Positions 20,090-28,997 of a stretch of DNA of 64,000 bases are shown here, piece after piece (the first letter of the stretch is position 1; each line of letters begins with the position of its first letter). The translations under genes and the position numbers were made by a program. The notes beneath the pieces are model-generated. The model saw only the letters and a program-made list of their open reading frames with translations, ran no database searches and was not told where the DNA came from. The stretch covers positions 312,768-376,767 of the forward strand of contig CAWIFG010000001.1 in the NCBI GenBank assembly GCA_963835345.1, in the 5' to 3' direction. Source of the DNA: an uncultured Acidobacteriaceae bacterium. GTDB lineage: Bacteria; Acidobacteriota; Terriglobia; Terriglobales; Acidobacteriaceae.

Positions 20090-20608
20090 ATGGCGACCGC
20101 ACCGGCTCTAATGTCCATCGACGAGTACCTCCGCACCAGCTATAAGCCGGATGTTGATTTTGTGGATGGAGAGATTCAGGAGCGCAATTTGGGGGAGTAC
20201 GAACACAGTAAGATTCAGACGTTGATCGCGGTCCTGTTCACGAATAATGCGGGTGCGTGGAATACGAACACGGTAGTGGAACAACGGATTCGAGTCGCTC
20301 AGAATCAGGTGCGCATCTGTGATGTTGCCGTGCTGCGCGCCGATGCGCCGCGCGAACGCGTTACTCAGACGCCTCCGCTGATCTGCATCGAAATCCTATC
20401 GCCGGAAGACCGTCTCTCGCGCGCGAAGGTCGTGCTGGGTGACTATCTTGCCATGGGGGTCGAGAACATCTGGTTGATCGACCCGATTTATCGTTCGGCG
20501 TGGAAGTTCGATGCCGCGGGGCTGCATGAGGCTGACCCTGCTCGCCTCACGATCACCGATACACCGATTCATCTGGATCTCACCGAGGCGTTTGCCGCGC
20601 TCGATTAG
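20090..20608 (+). CDS. Uma2-family endonuclease
   Basis: CIEILSPED, WLIDP; AGGAGG RBS. Confidence 0.88.
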   Translation: MATAPALMSIDEYLRTSYKPDVDFVDGEIQERNLGEYEHSKIQTLIAVLFTNNAGAWNTNTVVEQRIRVAQNQVRICDVAVLRADAPRERVTQTPPLICIEILSPEDRLSRAKVVLGDYLAMGVENIWLIDPIYRSAWKFDAAGLHEADPARLTITDTPIHLDLTEAFAALD

Positions 20609-20623
20609 TTTTCGGTTCTACAG

Positions 20624-21445
20624 TCATCGCGAGATGCCTTCGAGGGGGGAGCTGGCGCTGGCGTAGAGTTTTTTGGGCATGCGGCCGGAGAGGAAGGCTT
20701 CGCGGCCGGCTTCGACGGCCTTCTTCATCGCGGAGGCCATGAGGATGGGGTTCTTTGCGCCGGCGATAGCGGTGTTGAGGAGGACGGCATCGAAGCCGAG
20801 TTCCATGGCGAGGGCGGCGTCGGAGGCGGTGCCGAGGCCGGCGTCGACGACCAGCGGGACCTCGGTGATGAGCTCGCGCATCATGCGCAATGTGTAGGTA
20901 TCGGCGATGCCGATGCCTGTGCCGATGGGAGCGGCCAGCGGCATGACGGCAGCGGCGCCGACGTCGATGAGACGTTTGGCGAAGACGATGTCGCCGGTGG
21001 TGTAGGGCAGGACGGTGAAGCCCTCGTTGACGAGGACGCGGGTGGCTTCGACGGTGGCCTGGACGTCGGGGTAGAGGGTGGGCTGGTCGCCGATGACCTC
21101 GATCTTGACCCAGTCGGAGAGGCCGACCTCACGGGCGAGGCGGGCGGCGCGGATGGCTTCCTCGGCGGTGTAGCAGCCGGCGGTGTTGGGCATGAGGAAG
21201 AAGCGCGTTGCGTCGATGTAGTCGAGGAGCGATTCCTTGGAGCGATCGAGATTGACGCGGCGAACGGCGACGGTGACCATCTCGGCGCCGGAGGCCTCGA
21301 TGGCGGCGGCGGTCTCCGGGCCGTCCTTGTACTTGCCGGTGCCGACGATGAGACGGGAGCGGAAGCGGCGGCCGGCGATGATGAGGTCGTCGGCGATGGT
21401 GGGGGTGGTGACGGGGTCTACGTGCTCGACGAGGGCTTCGCTCAT
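20624..21445 (-). CDS. thiG: Thiazole synthase
   Basis: [28 protein letters not shown]. Confidence 0.95.
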   Translation of the reverse strand: MSEALVEHVDPVTTPTIADDLIIAGRRFRSRLIVGTGKYKDGPETAAAIEASGAEMVTVAVRRVNLDRSKESLLDYIDATRFFLMPNTAGCYTAEEAIRAARLAREVGLSDWVKIEVIGDQPTLYPDVQATVEATRVLVNEGFTVLPYTTGDIVFAKRLIDVGAAAVMPLAAPIGTGIGIADTYTLRMMRELITEVPLVVDAGLGTASDAALAMELGFDAVLLNTAIAGAKNPILMASAMKKAVEAGREAFLSGRMPKKLYASASSPLEGISR

Positions 21446-21468
21446 GGGTTCATTTTAGGCCGATCAAA

Positions 21469-21501
21469 CCCACGTCTCAGAATCGAGACGCGGGGCACCC
21501 G
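21469..21501. repeat. REP-like palindrome, GGGTGCCCC family, inverted
   Basis: cccacgtctcagaatcgagacgcggggcacccg. Confidence 0.8.
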
Positions 21502-21566
21502 CATTCAAATTGTTCCACGTGGAACCATTGCGTGAAGGTCAGGCAGAAAATCTGCGTCAAGAGACA

Positions 21567-21600
21567 CAAAGGGCTCGCCACGATCGCGGCGAGCCCTTTT
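21567..21600. terminator. Intrinsic terminator
   Basis: aaagggctcgcc-acgatcgc-ggcgagccctttt. Confidence 0.85.
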
Positions 21601-21700
21601 GCGGTGGACTGTGGAGATTGACCTGAGGCATCCGTGCTGGATGGGCCTCGGCAGGAGATCTGATTCAAGCAGAACTGCCAGGTCTAGAGCGACGGACGCC

Positions 21701-21751
21701 CTAAGCCTCAGTCACCTCACGGGTTGTGTAACGACTACTGTCAGATTTCAT
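21701..21751 (-). CDS. Putative 16-aa small ORF MKSDSSRYTTREVTEA
   Basis: ATG 8 nt after an extended SD-like sequence; TAG stop; translation unproven. Confidence 0.4.
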   Translation of the reverse strand: MKSDSSRYTTREVTEA

Positions 21752-21787
21752 AGATATCAGGATCAGCCTCCTTTCTCGTGTAAAGGC

Positions 21788-21816
21788 AGTTTAATCGATG
21801 AAGAAGCCCGAGTCAA
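21788..21816 (-). promoter_or_regulatory. Sigma70-type promoter of the small transcript
   Basis: TTGACT (21816-21811), 17-nt spacer, TAAACT (21793-21788). Confidence 0.8.
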
Positions 21817-21886
21817 AGGTATTGCAGCAGCCGACGCGCCTTCGGCGCAAGAGACACGAAAGCCCGCCAGATGGGACCCTCCAGCC

Positions 21887-22147
21887 TTACTTGAGGTACG
21901 CGCGGACGAGGTCAATGAGCTCTTCGCCGAGTTCCGGGGACATGGGGCGGGCGCCGATGTGAAGGCGGATGTGGTCCTCGAGGATTTCGGCCATGAGGCC
22001 GTTGATGCCGCCCTTGACGGCGGCGAGGAGCATGAGGACGTCGGTGCAGTCGCGGTTCTCGGCGAGGCTGCGCTCGACAGTCCTCATCTGGCCTTGAATG
22101 CGCTTGGCACGATTGATGAGTTTGGCACGTTCGCGGTCGATCTCCAC
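21887..22147 (-). CDS. CsoR/RcnR/FrmR-family metal-sensing repressor
   Basis: RAKRIQGQ...DCTDVLMLLAAVKGGINGLMAEILEDHIRLH. Confidence 0.9.
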   Translation of the reverse strand: MEIDRERAKLINRAKRIQGQMRTVERSLAENRDCTDVLMLLAAVKGGINGLMAEILEDHIRLHIGARPMSPELGEELIDLVRAYLK

Positions 22148-22178
22148 GGGAGCCTCCGGAGGAAATTTTACGTTTCTA

Positions 22179-22197
22179 TATACCCTACCGGGGTATA
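22179..22197. promoter_or_regulatory. CsoR/RcnR-type operator between the divergent genes
   Basis: TATACCCTACCGGGGTATA: C/G tracts flanked by an inverted TATAC; overlaps a TATACT -10 box (22194-22199). Confidence 0.8.
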
Positions 22198-22248
22198 CTA
22201 CATCTAACGACCGTGGCGCCGAATGCGGCGCAGAGAGGAGGAGACTCC

Positions 22249-22497
22249 ATGAAGAATCTGACCAATTGCTGGTTGCGTCCGAGTGAGAACCAGGCTGTGC
22301 TGCCGCGGTTCAGCCGCATGCAGCTTATTCGCACGTTTGTCGAAACAGGGGACGAGCGCTGCCCGATCGCGGGCATCTGGTCGCGCCTGGAGAACGATGC
22401 GACCGCCGACGACAGTGAATTAACCCGGCCCGCCGTGTGGAGGCTCTTCCCATGGCGGGCGTTTTTATTCAACCCTCGTCTTGCCCTCTTACAGTAA
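22249..22497 (+). CDS. Putative 82-aa leader / small protein
   Basis: GAGGAGG RBS; MKNLTNCW...FVETGDERCPIAGIW... Confidence 0.6.
   Translation: MKNLTNCWLRPSENQAVLPRFSRMQLIRTFVETGDERCPIAGIWSRLENDATADDSELTRPAVWRLFPWRAFLFNPRLALLQ
22428..22469 (+). terminator. Intrinsic terminator / attenuator inside the leader ORF
   Basis: gcccgccgtg...catggcgggc followed by gtttttatt. Confidence 0.7.
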
Positions 22498-22514
22498 TTT
22501 CCCTTCGAATTCCG

Positions 22515-23969
22515 ATGATCCTGCGCGTGGCCCACAAACTGACGCTAAGCCTCTGCATGTTTGCGGCAGTGACGGCGCAGGCGCAACAGGAGCCCGCAAA
22601 CCCGGCGGATGCCGACGCTGCGAACCCGGCGCACGCGGTGGACCGGCCGACGCAGGTGACGATGTTTTCACACCCGGACGAACAGCGCTGGCTTATCTCC
22701 GGGCAGGCGAACGTGATCTTCCAGTCGCATCCTCCGTTTCACTCGCCCTACTCCGGGCCGAATTCGATGCTGGCGCGAGGGGAGTACAAGACCTCGCTGG
22801 TGGGGACGCTCTTTACCGGGCTTCAACTGCATGGGAATCTGCGCTACAACACCGACGCGATCTTCGATCTGGAATCGACGGGAGGGCGCGGGATCTCCGA
22901 GGCGTTGGGATTGGCGGGCTTCACGAATCTCGACGTGGTGCGGAATCCGAACCTGGGGCCGACGCCGTATGTGGCGCGCGCGGAGATTCACCAGACGATC
23001 GGGCTGAGCTCAAAGATGGTGGATGCGCAGCGGACGCAGTTTTCGCTGGCCACGAAGGTGCCGGACCGGCGGTTGGAGTTCCGGGTGGGCAAGCTGAGCC
23101 TGCCGGATGTCTTCGACCAGAACACGCCGGGGTCGGACTCGCACCTGCAGTTTCTGAACTGGACGGTGGATAACAACGGAGCCTACGACTACGCGGCTGA
23201 TACCCGCGGGTACACGTACGCGGGGATCGCCGAGTATGACGATGGGCCGTGGACGGTGCGGTATGGATTCGCGCTGATGCCGACGGTGGCGAACGGCATT
23301 GATTTGCAGTCGAGTCTCAGGAAGGCTCGCGGCGATAACTATGAACTGGATTATGGGCGCGGGCCGCTGGCGCGGTGGCTCGACCGGAAGCGACAAGGCG
23401 CGGTGCGGCTGCTGGGATATGCGAACTACGCCAACATGGGCGAATACCGGGAGCAGAACATCAAGGCGCTGGAGGAGCGGGCGAAAGGGAATGTCTCCGC
23501 CACACCCGTGATTACAGACCATCCATTCGGGACGACGGTGAAGTATGGCGTGGGGCTGAACTTCGAGCAGGAGCTGCCGAAGGACCTGCGGGTGTTTGGG
23601 CGGTTCGGGTGGAATGAAGGGCAGCACGAGAGTTACGCGTACACGGAGGTGGACCAGACGTTCGAGGTTGGCGGGGATCTGGCGGGCGACCGGTGGTCGC
23701 GGCCGAGTGACAAGATCGGGGTGGTGGTGGTGAGCAACGCGATCAAACGCGACCACCAGGCGTACCTAAGGCTGGGTGGATTGGGGTTTCTGCTGGGCGA
23801 TGGGCGGCTGAACTACGCGCGCGAGGACATCCTGGAGAGCTACTACACGGCGCACAACTGGCGGGGGCTGTTCAGCTCGCTGGATTTCCAGTACATTGAG
23901 CATCCTGGGTACAACCAGGATCGCGGACCGGTGGCGGTGTTCAGCGTCCGGACGCACGTAGATTTCTAA
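22515..23969 (+). CDS. OprB-family porin resembling high-affinity Mn2+ porins (MnoP type)
   Basis: Signal peptide; GLAGFTN, QFLNW...YDYAADTRGYTY and HPGYNQDRGPV motifs; C-terminal F. Confidence 0.8.
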   Translation: MILRVAHKLTLSLCMFAAVTAQAQQEPANPADADAANPAHAVDRPTQVTMFSHPDEQRWLISGQANVIFQSHPPFHSPYSGPNSMLARGEYKTSLVGTLFTGLQLHGNLRYNTDAIFDLESTGGRGISEALGLAGFTNLDVVRNPNLGPTPYVARAEIHQTIGLSSKMVDAQRTQFSLATKVPDRRLEFRVGKLSLPDVFDQNTPGSDSHLQFLNWTVDNNGAYDYAADTRGYTYAGIAEYDDGPWTVRYGFALMPTVANGIDLQSSLRKARGDNYELDYGRGPLARWLDRKRQGAVRLLGYANYANMGEYREQNIKALEERAKGNVSATPVITDHPFGTTVKYGVGLNFEQELPKDLRVFGRFGWNEGQHESYAYTEVDQTFEVGGDLAGDRWSRPSDKIGVVVVSNAIKRDHQAYLRLGGLGFLLGDGRLNYAREDILESYYTAHNWRGLFSSLDFQYIEHPGYNQDRGPVAVFSVRTHVDF

Positions 23970-24022
23970 AAATTTATCTTCGTTCCATGTGGGATTGAAT
24001 TAGCCCGGTAGCATTGAAAGAG

Positions 24023-24529
24023 ATGGCTACAGCTACTTTTCAGAGCAGAGGATCGGCAACGACTGTTCCGAAGAAGAGGTCTGCGACGACTCTTCGCGTG
24101 CTTCGGAAGGTTCATCTCTATTTTGGGCTGTTTATCTCCCCTGCTTTGCTGTTTTTCGCGTTTACCGGAGCCGTTCAGACGCTGAGCCTGCATGAGGTCG
24201 CGGGAAGTTCGTATAAACCGCCAGCTATGTTGGCGGAACTTGGACAGCTCCACAAGCACGCAGCGATGATGGCGCCAGTGCCGGATCCGCCAGGCAAGGC
24301 GGCCAAGGCCGGCGCAACATCCAAGGCACCGCCGCCAGAGGTGAGCCTGGCGGGCAAGCAGAGGCAGCATCTGCCGATGAAGATCTTCTTCCTTGTGGTG
24401 GCGGTAGGACTGCTGACCTCGACGGGGACGGGCATCTACATGGCGTACAAGTACGCCCGGAAGAAGGTCCTGGTCACAGCAACTCTGATCGCTGGCGTGG
24501 TGATACCGTGTCTGCTGCTGAAGTTGTGA
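24023..24529 (+). CDS. PepSY-associated TM-helix membrane protein
   Basis: RKVHLYFGLF...FFAFTG...QLHK. Confidence 0.75.
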   Translation: MATATFQSRGSATTVPKKRSATTLRVLRKVHLYFGLFISPALLFFAFTGAVQTLSLHEVAGSSYKPPAMLAELGQLHKHAAMMAPVPDPPGKAAKAGATSKAPPPEVSLAGKQRQHLPMKIFFLVVAVGLLTSTGTGIYMAYKYARKKVLVTATLIAGVVIPCLLLKL

Positions 24530-24608
24530 CGCCCGGCTGCCGACCCACAGGGCGGCGCGGTACACTCGGCGGACAGGCTCCCATCCTTCTTTCAGAGAGA
24601 GACCCGCA

Positions 24609-25298
24609 ATGAATACAAACTTCTGGACCGCACTTGAAGCGCGCGTAGCGCCGTACAACCTGCTGACGCACCCGTTCTACCAGGCGTGGTCACGCGGCGA
24701 GCTTACGCGCGACGATCTGCGCGCATACGCCGCTGAATATTGGCATCACGTTTCGGCCTTTCCGACGTACCTGAGCGCGCTGCACAGCCGCCTGCCGGAT
24801 TCGGAGCTGCGCCGCGACGTGCTGCGCAATCTCGCCGAAGAGGAAGGGACTGACAACCCAACAGCACGCCCGCACTCCGACCTGTGGATGGACTTCGCCG
24901 TCGGGATGGGAGCGACACCGGCAGAGGTGAGAAGCCACACGGTGCAGCCGGAGATGGCGGCGCTGCTCGCCACGTTCCGCGCGGCGATGCAGGAACCGAA
25001 GCCCGCGGCAGCGCTGGCCGCCCTGTATGCGTATGAGTCCAAGGTGCCGCAGATTGCGGCGACGAAGGCGGAGGGGTTGGCGACCCATTATTCGGCCGGC
25101 GCGGCTACGGCGAAGTACTTCACGCTTCACCAGACGGCCGATGTGGCGCATGCCGCGGTATGGCGAGAGCTGATCGACAAGGAACTGGCTGCGGATCCGG
25201 AGGCAGCCGAGGCCGCGCTGGATTCGGCAGAGCGCGCAGCCCAGGCGCTGTGGATAGCGCTGGATGGTGTAGAACGCGGGCGGCAGACTCGGCGTTAG
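24609..25298 (+). CDS. CADD/PqqC-like heme-oxygenase-fold dimetal enzyme
   Basis: LLTHPFYQAW, NLAEEEG...HSDLW, YAYES, KAEGL, YFTLHQTADVAH. Confidence 0.85.
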   Translation: MNTNFWTALEARVAPYNLLTHPFYQAWSRGELTRDDLRAYAAEYWHHVSAFPTYLSALHSRLPDSELRRDVLRNLAEEEGTDNPTARPHSDLWMDFAVGMGATPAEVRSHTVQPEMAALLATFRAAMQEPKPAAALAALYAYESKVPQIAATKAEGLATHYSAGAATAKYFTLHQTADVAHAAVWRELIDKELAADPEAAEAALDSAERAAQALWIALDGVERGRQTRR

Positions 25299-25323
25299 GG
25301 GTCAGGCGCTGGCCCGCAAGCAA

Positions 25324-25350
25324 AACGGCTACCCCGGAAGGGTAGCCGTT
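25324..25350. terminator. Terminator between convergent genes
   Basis: aacggctaccc-cggaa-gggtagccgtt. Confidence 0.75.
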
Positions 25351-25366
25351 GCAACTTCAGGCTGGC

Positions 25367-26035
25367 TTAGCGACGTCCGCCGCCGCCGTGGCCGCCACCG
25401 CCATGGAAGCCGCCACCGCCGTGGAACCCACCACCGCCGCCGTGGAAGCCACCGCCGCCGGAGAAGCCGCGAGCGCCACCGGAGAAGCCGCGTTCTCCGC
25501 CACCGGCAAAGGCATGTCCGCCGCCAACGTATCCGCGAGCTCCGCCCGCGTATCCGCCGTGGTAGCCTTCGCCGCCGCGGAAGCCGCCGGTATATCCGCC
25601 GCGGAAGCCTTCTCCGCCACGAAACGCTGCACCGCCGCGATAGCCGTAACCGGGATGCGGGCCGTATCCGTGACCGTAATAGCCGCCGTGACCCCAGCCC
25701 CAAGCACCGTGGTTCCAGCCCCAGCCGCGGTAGCCCCAGCCATACCAGGGACCCACGCCGATAAAGAGACCGTCATAGAACCAGTTCGGGCCGTAGTACC
25801 CATAGGGTGCGCAAGCGTATGGAGCGTAGTTGTAATACCCGTACGGGCAGTCCGGCGGATAGCCATAGGCCATATCTACCGGTGGCGCTTCATAGGCCGG
25901 AGCGGGATAGGCCGGAACGCCATACGCCGGAACGCCGACGCCAACACCGAACGAAACCTGTGCGTCAGACCTGGCCGCCGGCATCAGCACGACGCCCAGT
26001 ACAGCCAGCAGCGCTATGTACTTGAGAAACTTCAT
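25367..26035 (-). CDS. Exported Gly/Tyr/His-rich low-complexity protein
   Basis: Signal peptide; CPYGYYNYAPYACAPYGYYG; GGGFHGG repeats; GGAGG RBS. Confidence 0.85.
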   Translation of the reverse strand: MKFLKYIALLAVLGVVLMPAARSDAQVSFGVGVGVPAYGVPAYPAPAYEAPPVDMAYGYPPDCPYGYYNYAPYACAPYGYYGPNWFYDGLFIGVGPWYGWGYRGWGWNHGAWGWGHGGYYGHGYGPHPGYGYRGGAAFRGGEGFRGGYTGGFRGGEGYHGGYAGGARGYVGGGHAFAGGGERGFSGGARGFSGGGGFHGGGGGFHGGGGFHGGGGHGGGGRR

Positions 26036-26272
26036 CTTCTACCTCCCGGGGACCGAAACGCCCGCCGGATTCGAGATTCTCGATCCGGCACCCATTGGTA
26101 GGAACCCAGGGGGCTGTGGAATGTTGCTCACAATTGCGCTTCCGTTCGCAGAATCGAGAGCTGCTGCTCTTTTGTTGGCAGAGGCGGGCAAAGGCGGGCA
26201 ACCTCGGTCACAAGGCCAGGACCGAGCTGGGGCTGCGGAACCGCTCTGGCAGGGCGACCTATACTCAAAAGA

Positions 26273-27190
26273 ATGCTGATAATGCTCGCCTTTGAGCTCC
26301 CTGCGTTTCTTCTTGGCCTGCTTTTTGGCAGCTTTTTGAACGTATGCATCTCGCGCCTGCCGGAGCACCGGAGCGTGGTCAAACCGCGCTCGCACTGCAC
26401 GAAGTGCCTCGCGCCGATCCGGTGGTATGACAATGTTCCGCTGCTGAGTTGGGCGCTGCTGGCGGGCCGGTGCAGGAAGTGCAAGGGCGCGATTCCGTGG
26501 CGGTATCCGGCGGTGGAGCTGGCGACGGGGCTGTGGTTTCTGTTCGCTGCGCGGATCGGGTATCTGGACGCAGTGGGCGGAGCAGCCTCCACAACGATCT
26601 ATGTAGCGCTCGTCGCGTTTGTGATTCTGGGCTTCCTGCTCATCGGGCTGCTGGTGATGGACTGGCAGACGCATACCCTTCCGGATGCGTTCACGCTGAG
26701 CGGAACGGCAATCGGGTTCTTTCTGGTTTGCGTGCAGGCGATCTTTTTGCCCCGTGGGATGTACGACATTCACCTGAATCCGAAGTTCACGCTGCGGATG
26801 TCGAGCCCCGGATCCTTCCAGAGCCGCGGCGATGTATTTATGACCGGGCCGGAGCATCTTGTGTGGGGACGGGTGCTGGCGATCTGCGCGGCGGCGGCGG
26901 TCCCGTGGCTGATTCGGGCGGTCTATAAGGCGGCGCGGAAGCAGGAGGGGCTGGGGCTCGGCGATGTGAAATTGATGGCGATGATCGCGGCGTTCCTGGG
27001 ACTTGCTTCGGCGATGGTGGCGTTTTTTGTCGGCGTGATTCTGGGCGCGGTGTATGGCATCGTGCTGCTCGCACGGCGGCGCGCGACGACGGCGAGCCAG
27101 ATTCCACTGGGCACGTTTCTTTGTATCGGGGGATTGGTTGCCGCGCTGCTCGGCGGACCGATGGTGACGTGGTATCGCGGATTTTTCTGA
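26273..27190 (+). CDS. pilD: Prepilin peptidase (A24 family)
   Basis: GSFLNVCISRLP, two CxxC motifs, GLGDVKL. Confidence 0.92.
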   Translation: MLIMLAFELPAFLLGLLFGSFLNVCISRLPEHRSVVKPRSHCTKCLAPIRWYDNVPLLSWALLAGRCRKCKGAIPWRYPAVELATGLWFLFAARIGYLDAVGGAASTTIYVALVAFVILGFLLIGLLVMDWQTHTLPDAFTLSGTAIGFFLVCVQAIFLPRGMYDIHLNPKFTLRMSSPGSFQSRGDVFMTGPEHLVWGRVLAICAAAAVPWLIRAVYKAARKQEGLGLGDVKLMAMIAAFLGLASAMVAFFVGVILGAVYGIVLLARRRATTASQIPLGTFLCIGGLVAALLGGPMVTWYRGFF

Positions 27191-27194
27191 GCCG

Positions 27195-27935
27195 CTAGTG
27201 ATGGCGCAGCGCCTGGACGAGCAAAACAATTCCTATGGCAACGACACCGGCGTGGACGTACCGGAGAAAGGCTTCTCCGCGCATGCGGTGGTTCAACCAG
27301 CGACCGACGAAGACTGCGGGAAGCGCGGCAAATATTCCGATGAGGAAATAGTGTGTGACCTCGGCGGTCCAGAGTCCGGAGAGCCGGTAACCGAGCATAC
27401 CTAGTGCGCTTGCGGGCAGGAAATAACCCTGCAGCGTGGCGCGAAAGTGCTGTGGCGACCATCGCCGCATGGAGCCGTAAACCACCAACGCCGGACCGTT
27501 GATGCCATAGGCTCCGCCGAGCACACCCGCCGCGAAGCCACAACCGAGCAGCCAGGCATGGCTGTCGCGCTCCAGATGCGGCGGACGTTTGCCCAGAAGA
27601 AAAAATCCAGAGAAGAGCACGATGACGATGGCCAGCGTGGCCTTCACCAGCTCTTGATGCGTGTTGTGCAATAGCCATATTCCCAATGGGATTCCGGCGA
27701 GGGTCGGCACGAACAACCAGCCGGAGCTGCTCACATGAACCTTGCGCCAGTCCTGCACAAGAATCACCGCCGCTATCGCAACCGATATGAGCACGGCGAG
27801 CGGAGTTGCAATCTGGATCGGCAAGAACAACGCGAGCAGCGGGACGGCAATGAGTGCTTCGCCGAAACCGAAGGCTGAACGCACCACGGACGCCACAAAA
27901 ACGACCAGCAAAATCTTGGCTATCAAACTTCCCAC
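27195..27935 (-). CDS. Sulfite exporter TauE/SafE family protein
   Basis: AFGFGEAL, AGVLGGAYGINGP, FRATL. Confidence 0.85.
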   Translation of the reverse strand: MGSLIAKILLVVFVASVVRSAFGFGEALIAVPLLALFLPIQIATPLAVLISVAIAAVILVQDWRKVHVSSSGWLFVPTLAGIPLGIWLLHNTHQELVKATLAIVIVLFSGFFLLGKRPPHLERDSHAWLLGCGFAAGVLGGAYGINGPALVVYGSMRRWSPQHFRATLQGYFLPASALGMLGYRLSGLWTAEVTHYFLIGIFAALPAVFVGRWLNHRMRGEAFLRYVHAGVVAIGIVLLVQALRHH

Positions 27936-27974
27936 CCGTCCACCTTAGTCATATCAAGGATTCACTGCCTCGCC

Positions 27975-28003
27975 TTGACCCTTGACGACCTCACTCCTAC
28001 ACT
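27975..28003 (+). promoter_or_regulatory. Sigma70-type promoter of the nuo operon (probably leaderless)
   Basis: TTGACC-N17-TACACT, with ATG 5 nt downstream. Confidence 0.7.
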
Positions 28004-28008
28004 TGAAG

Positions 28009-28437
28009 ATGGCCATGCAGAGCAATCCTTACATCTGGCAATATGTTCCGCTCGCTATTCAGATTCTGGTGGCGATCGGGCTCGCGTGTTTCATGGTGGG
28101 CGCGTCGTACTTTCTTGGAAAGCATAAGCGCTCGCGCACCAAGCTCGGCACTTATGAGTCCGGCATGGACCCGGTGGGCAACGCGCGCGGCCGCTTCTCC
28201 GTTGCCTTCTACATGGTGGCGATGCTGTTCATCCTCTTCGACGTAGAAGCGGTCTTCATGCTGCCCTGGGCGGTTATCTACCGGCAGCTTCCGGCTATCA
28301 CTGGATCTCGTCTCTTCGGGTTCTGGGAGATGCTGGTCTATCTCGGCTTCGTCGGCGTGGGGCTCTTCTATGTGTGGAAGAAGGGCATTCTCAACTGGTC
28401 GAACGACAAGCCCGATCTTCCAAGTCGTAAGTCGTAG
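28009..28437 (+). CDS. nuoA: NADH-quinone oxidoreductase subunit A
   Basis: YESGMDP, FILFDVE. Confidence 0.95.
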   Translation: MAMQSNPYIWQYVPLAIQILVAIGLACFMVGASYFLGKHKRSRTKLGTYESGMDPVGNARGRFSVAFYMVAMLFILFDVEAVFMLPWAVIYRQLPAITGSRLFGFWEMLVYLGFVGVGLFYVWKKGILNWSNDKPDLPSRKS

Positions 28438-28478
28438 GAATTTCGGTCCGCAGTCCTGATTGGAGTGGTTGTATCGCG

Positions 28479-28997
28479 ATGTCTGAACCCAAAGATCCAA
28501 TGCAAACACCCGCCACTCCGGAGGCGATTTTCGGCAAAGAAGCTGTCGCTGCAGCGCTGGCTGACCACGCAGCCATTCAGGGGCTCAAGGACCTCATCAC
28601 CGACGCGAAGTGGGACCGCGGCGAGCTGACCCTGACGGTCGCTCCCGAGACGATTGTGCAGGCGTGCGAGGCTGCGAAGGCCGCCGGCTACAACTTCTTC
28701 GAGGACGTGACGGCGGTTGACTGGTATCCGACTGAACCCCGTTTTCAGCTCAGCTATTCCCTGCTATCGCACAAGCTGAAGCAGCGCATTCGGCTTGTGG
28801 CGCGATTGGAGGGCGATGCACCGACGATCGATTCGATCACTGGCGTGTGGCCGGCGGCGAACTTCTATGAGCGCGAGGTCTTCGACCTCTTCGGCGTGAC
28901 CTTCGCCGGACATCCGCGGCTGACGCGCATCATGATGCCCGACAACTGGAATGGACACCCGCTCCGCAAGGACTACCCGGTGGAGGGTTACCGCTAA
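28479..28997 (+). CDS. nuoC: NADH-quinone oxidoreductase subunit C
   Basis: EREVFDLFG, GHPLRKDYP. Confidence 0.95.
   Translation: MSEPKDPMQTPATPEAIFGKEAVAAALADHAAIQGLKDLITDAKWDRGELTLTVAPETIVQACEAAKAAGYNFFEDVTAVDWYPTEPRFQLSYSLLSHKLKQRIRLVARLEGDAPTIDSITGVWPAANFYEREVFDLFGVTFAGHPRLTRIMMPDNWNGHPLRKDYPVEGYR

Larger units (their letters stand above)
21567..21781 (-). ncRNA. Candidate stand-alone structured small RNA / small-ORF transcript (~215 nt)
   Basis: Bounded by a consensus promoter and a terminator; long imperfect hairpin at 21619-21714; AGAAAGGAGGCUGAUCC near the 5' end. Confidence 0.7.

Noticed and set aside
21446-21560. TPP riboswitch upstream of thiG
   Set aside because: No TPP aptamer core is recognisable, and thiG appears leaderless.
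21760-21776. Possible 16S rRNA gene fragment (GGATCAGCCTCCTTTCT)
   Set aside because: No other rRNA sequence flanks it. It is interpreted as an anti-SD-complementary site on the opposite strand.
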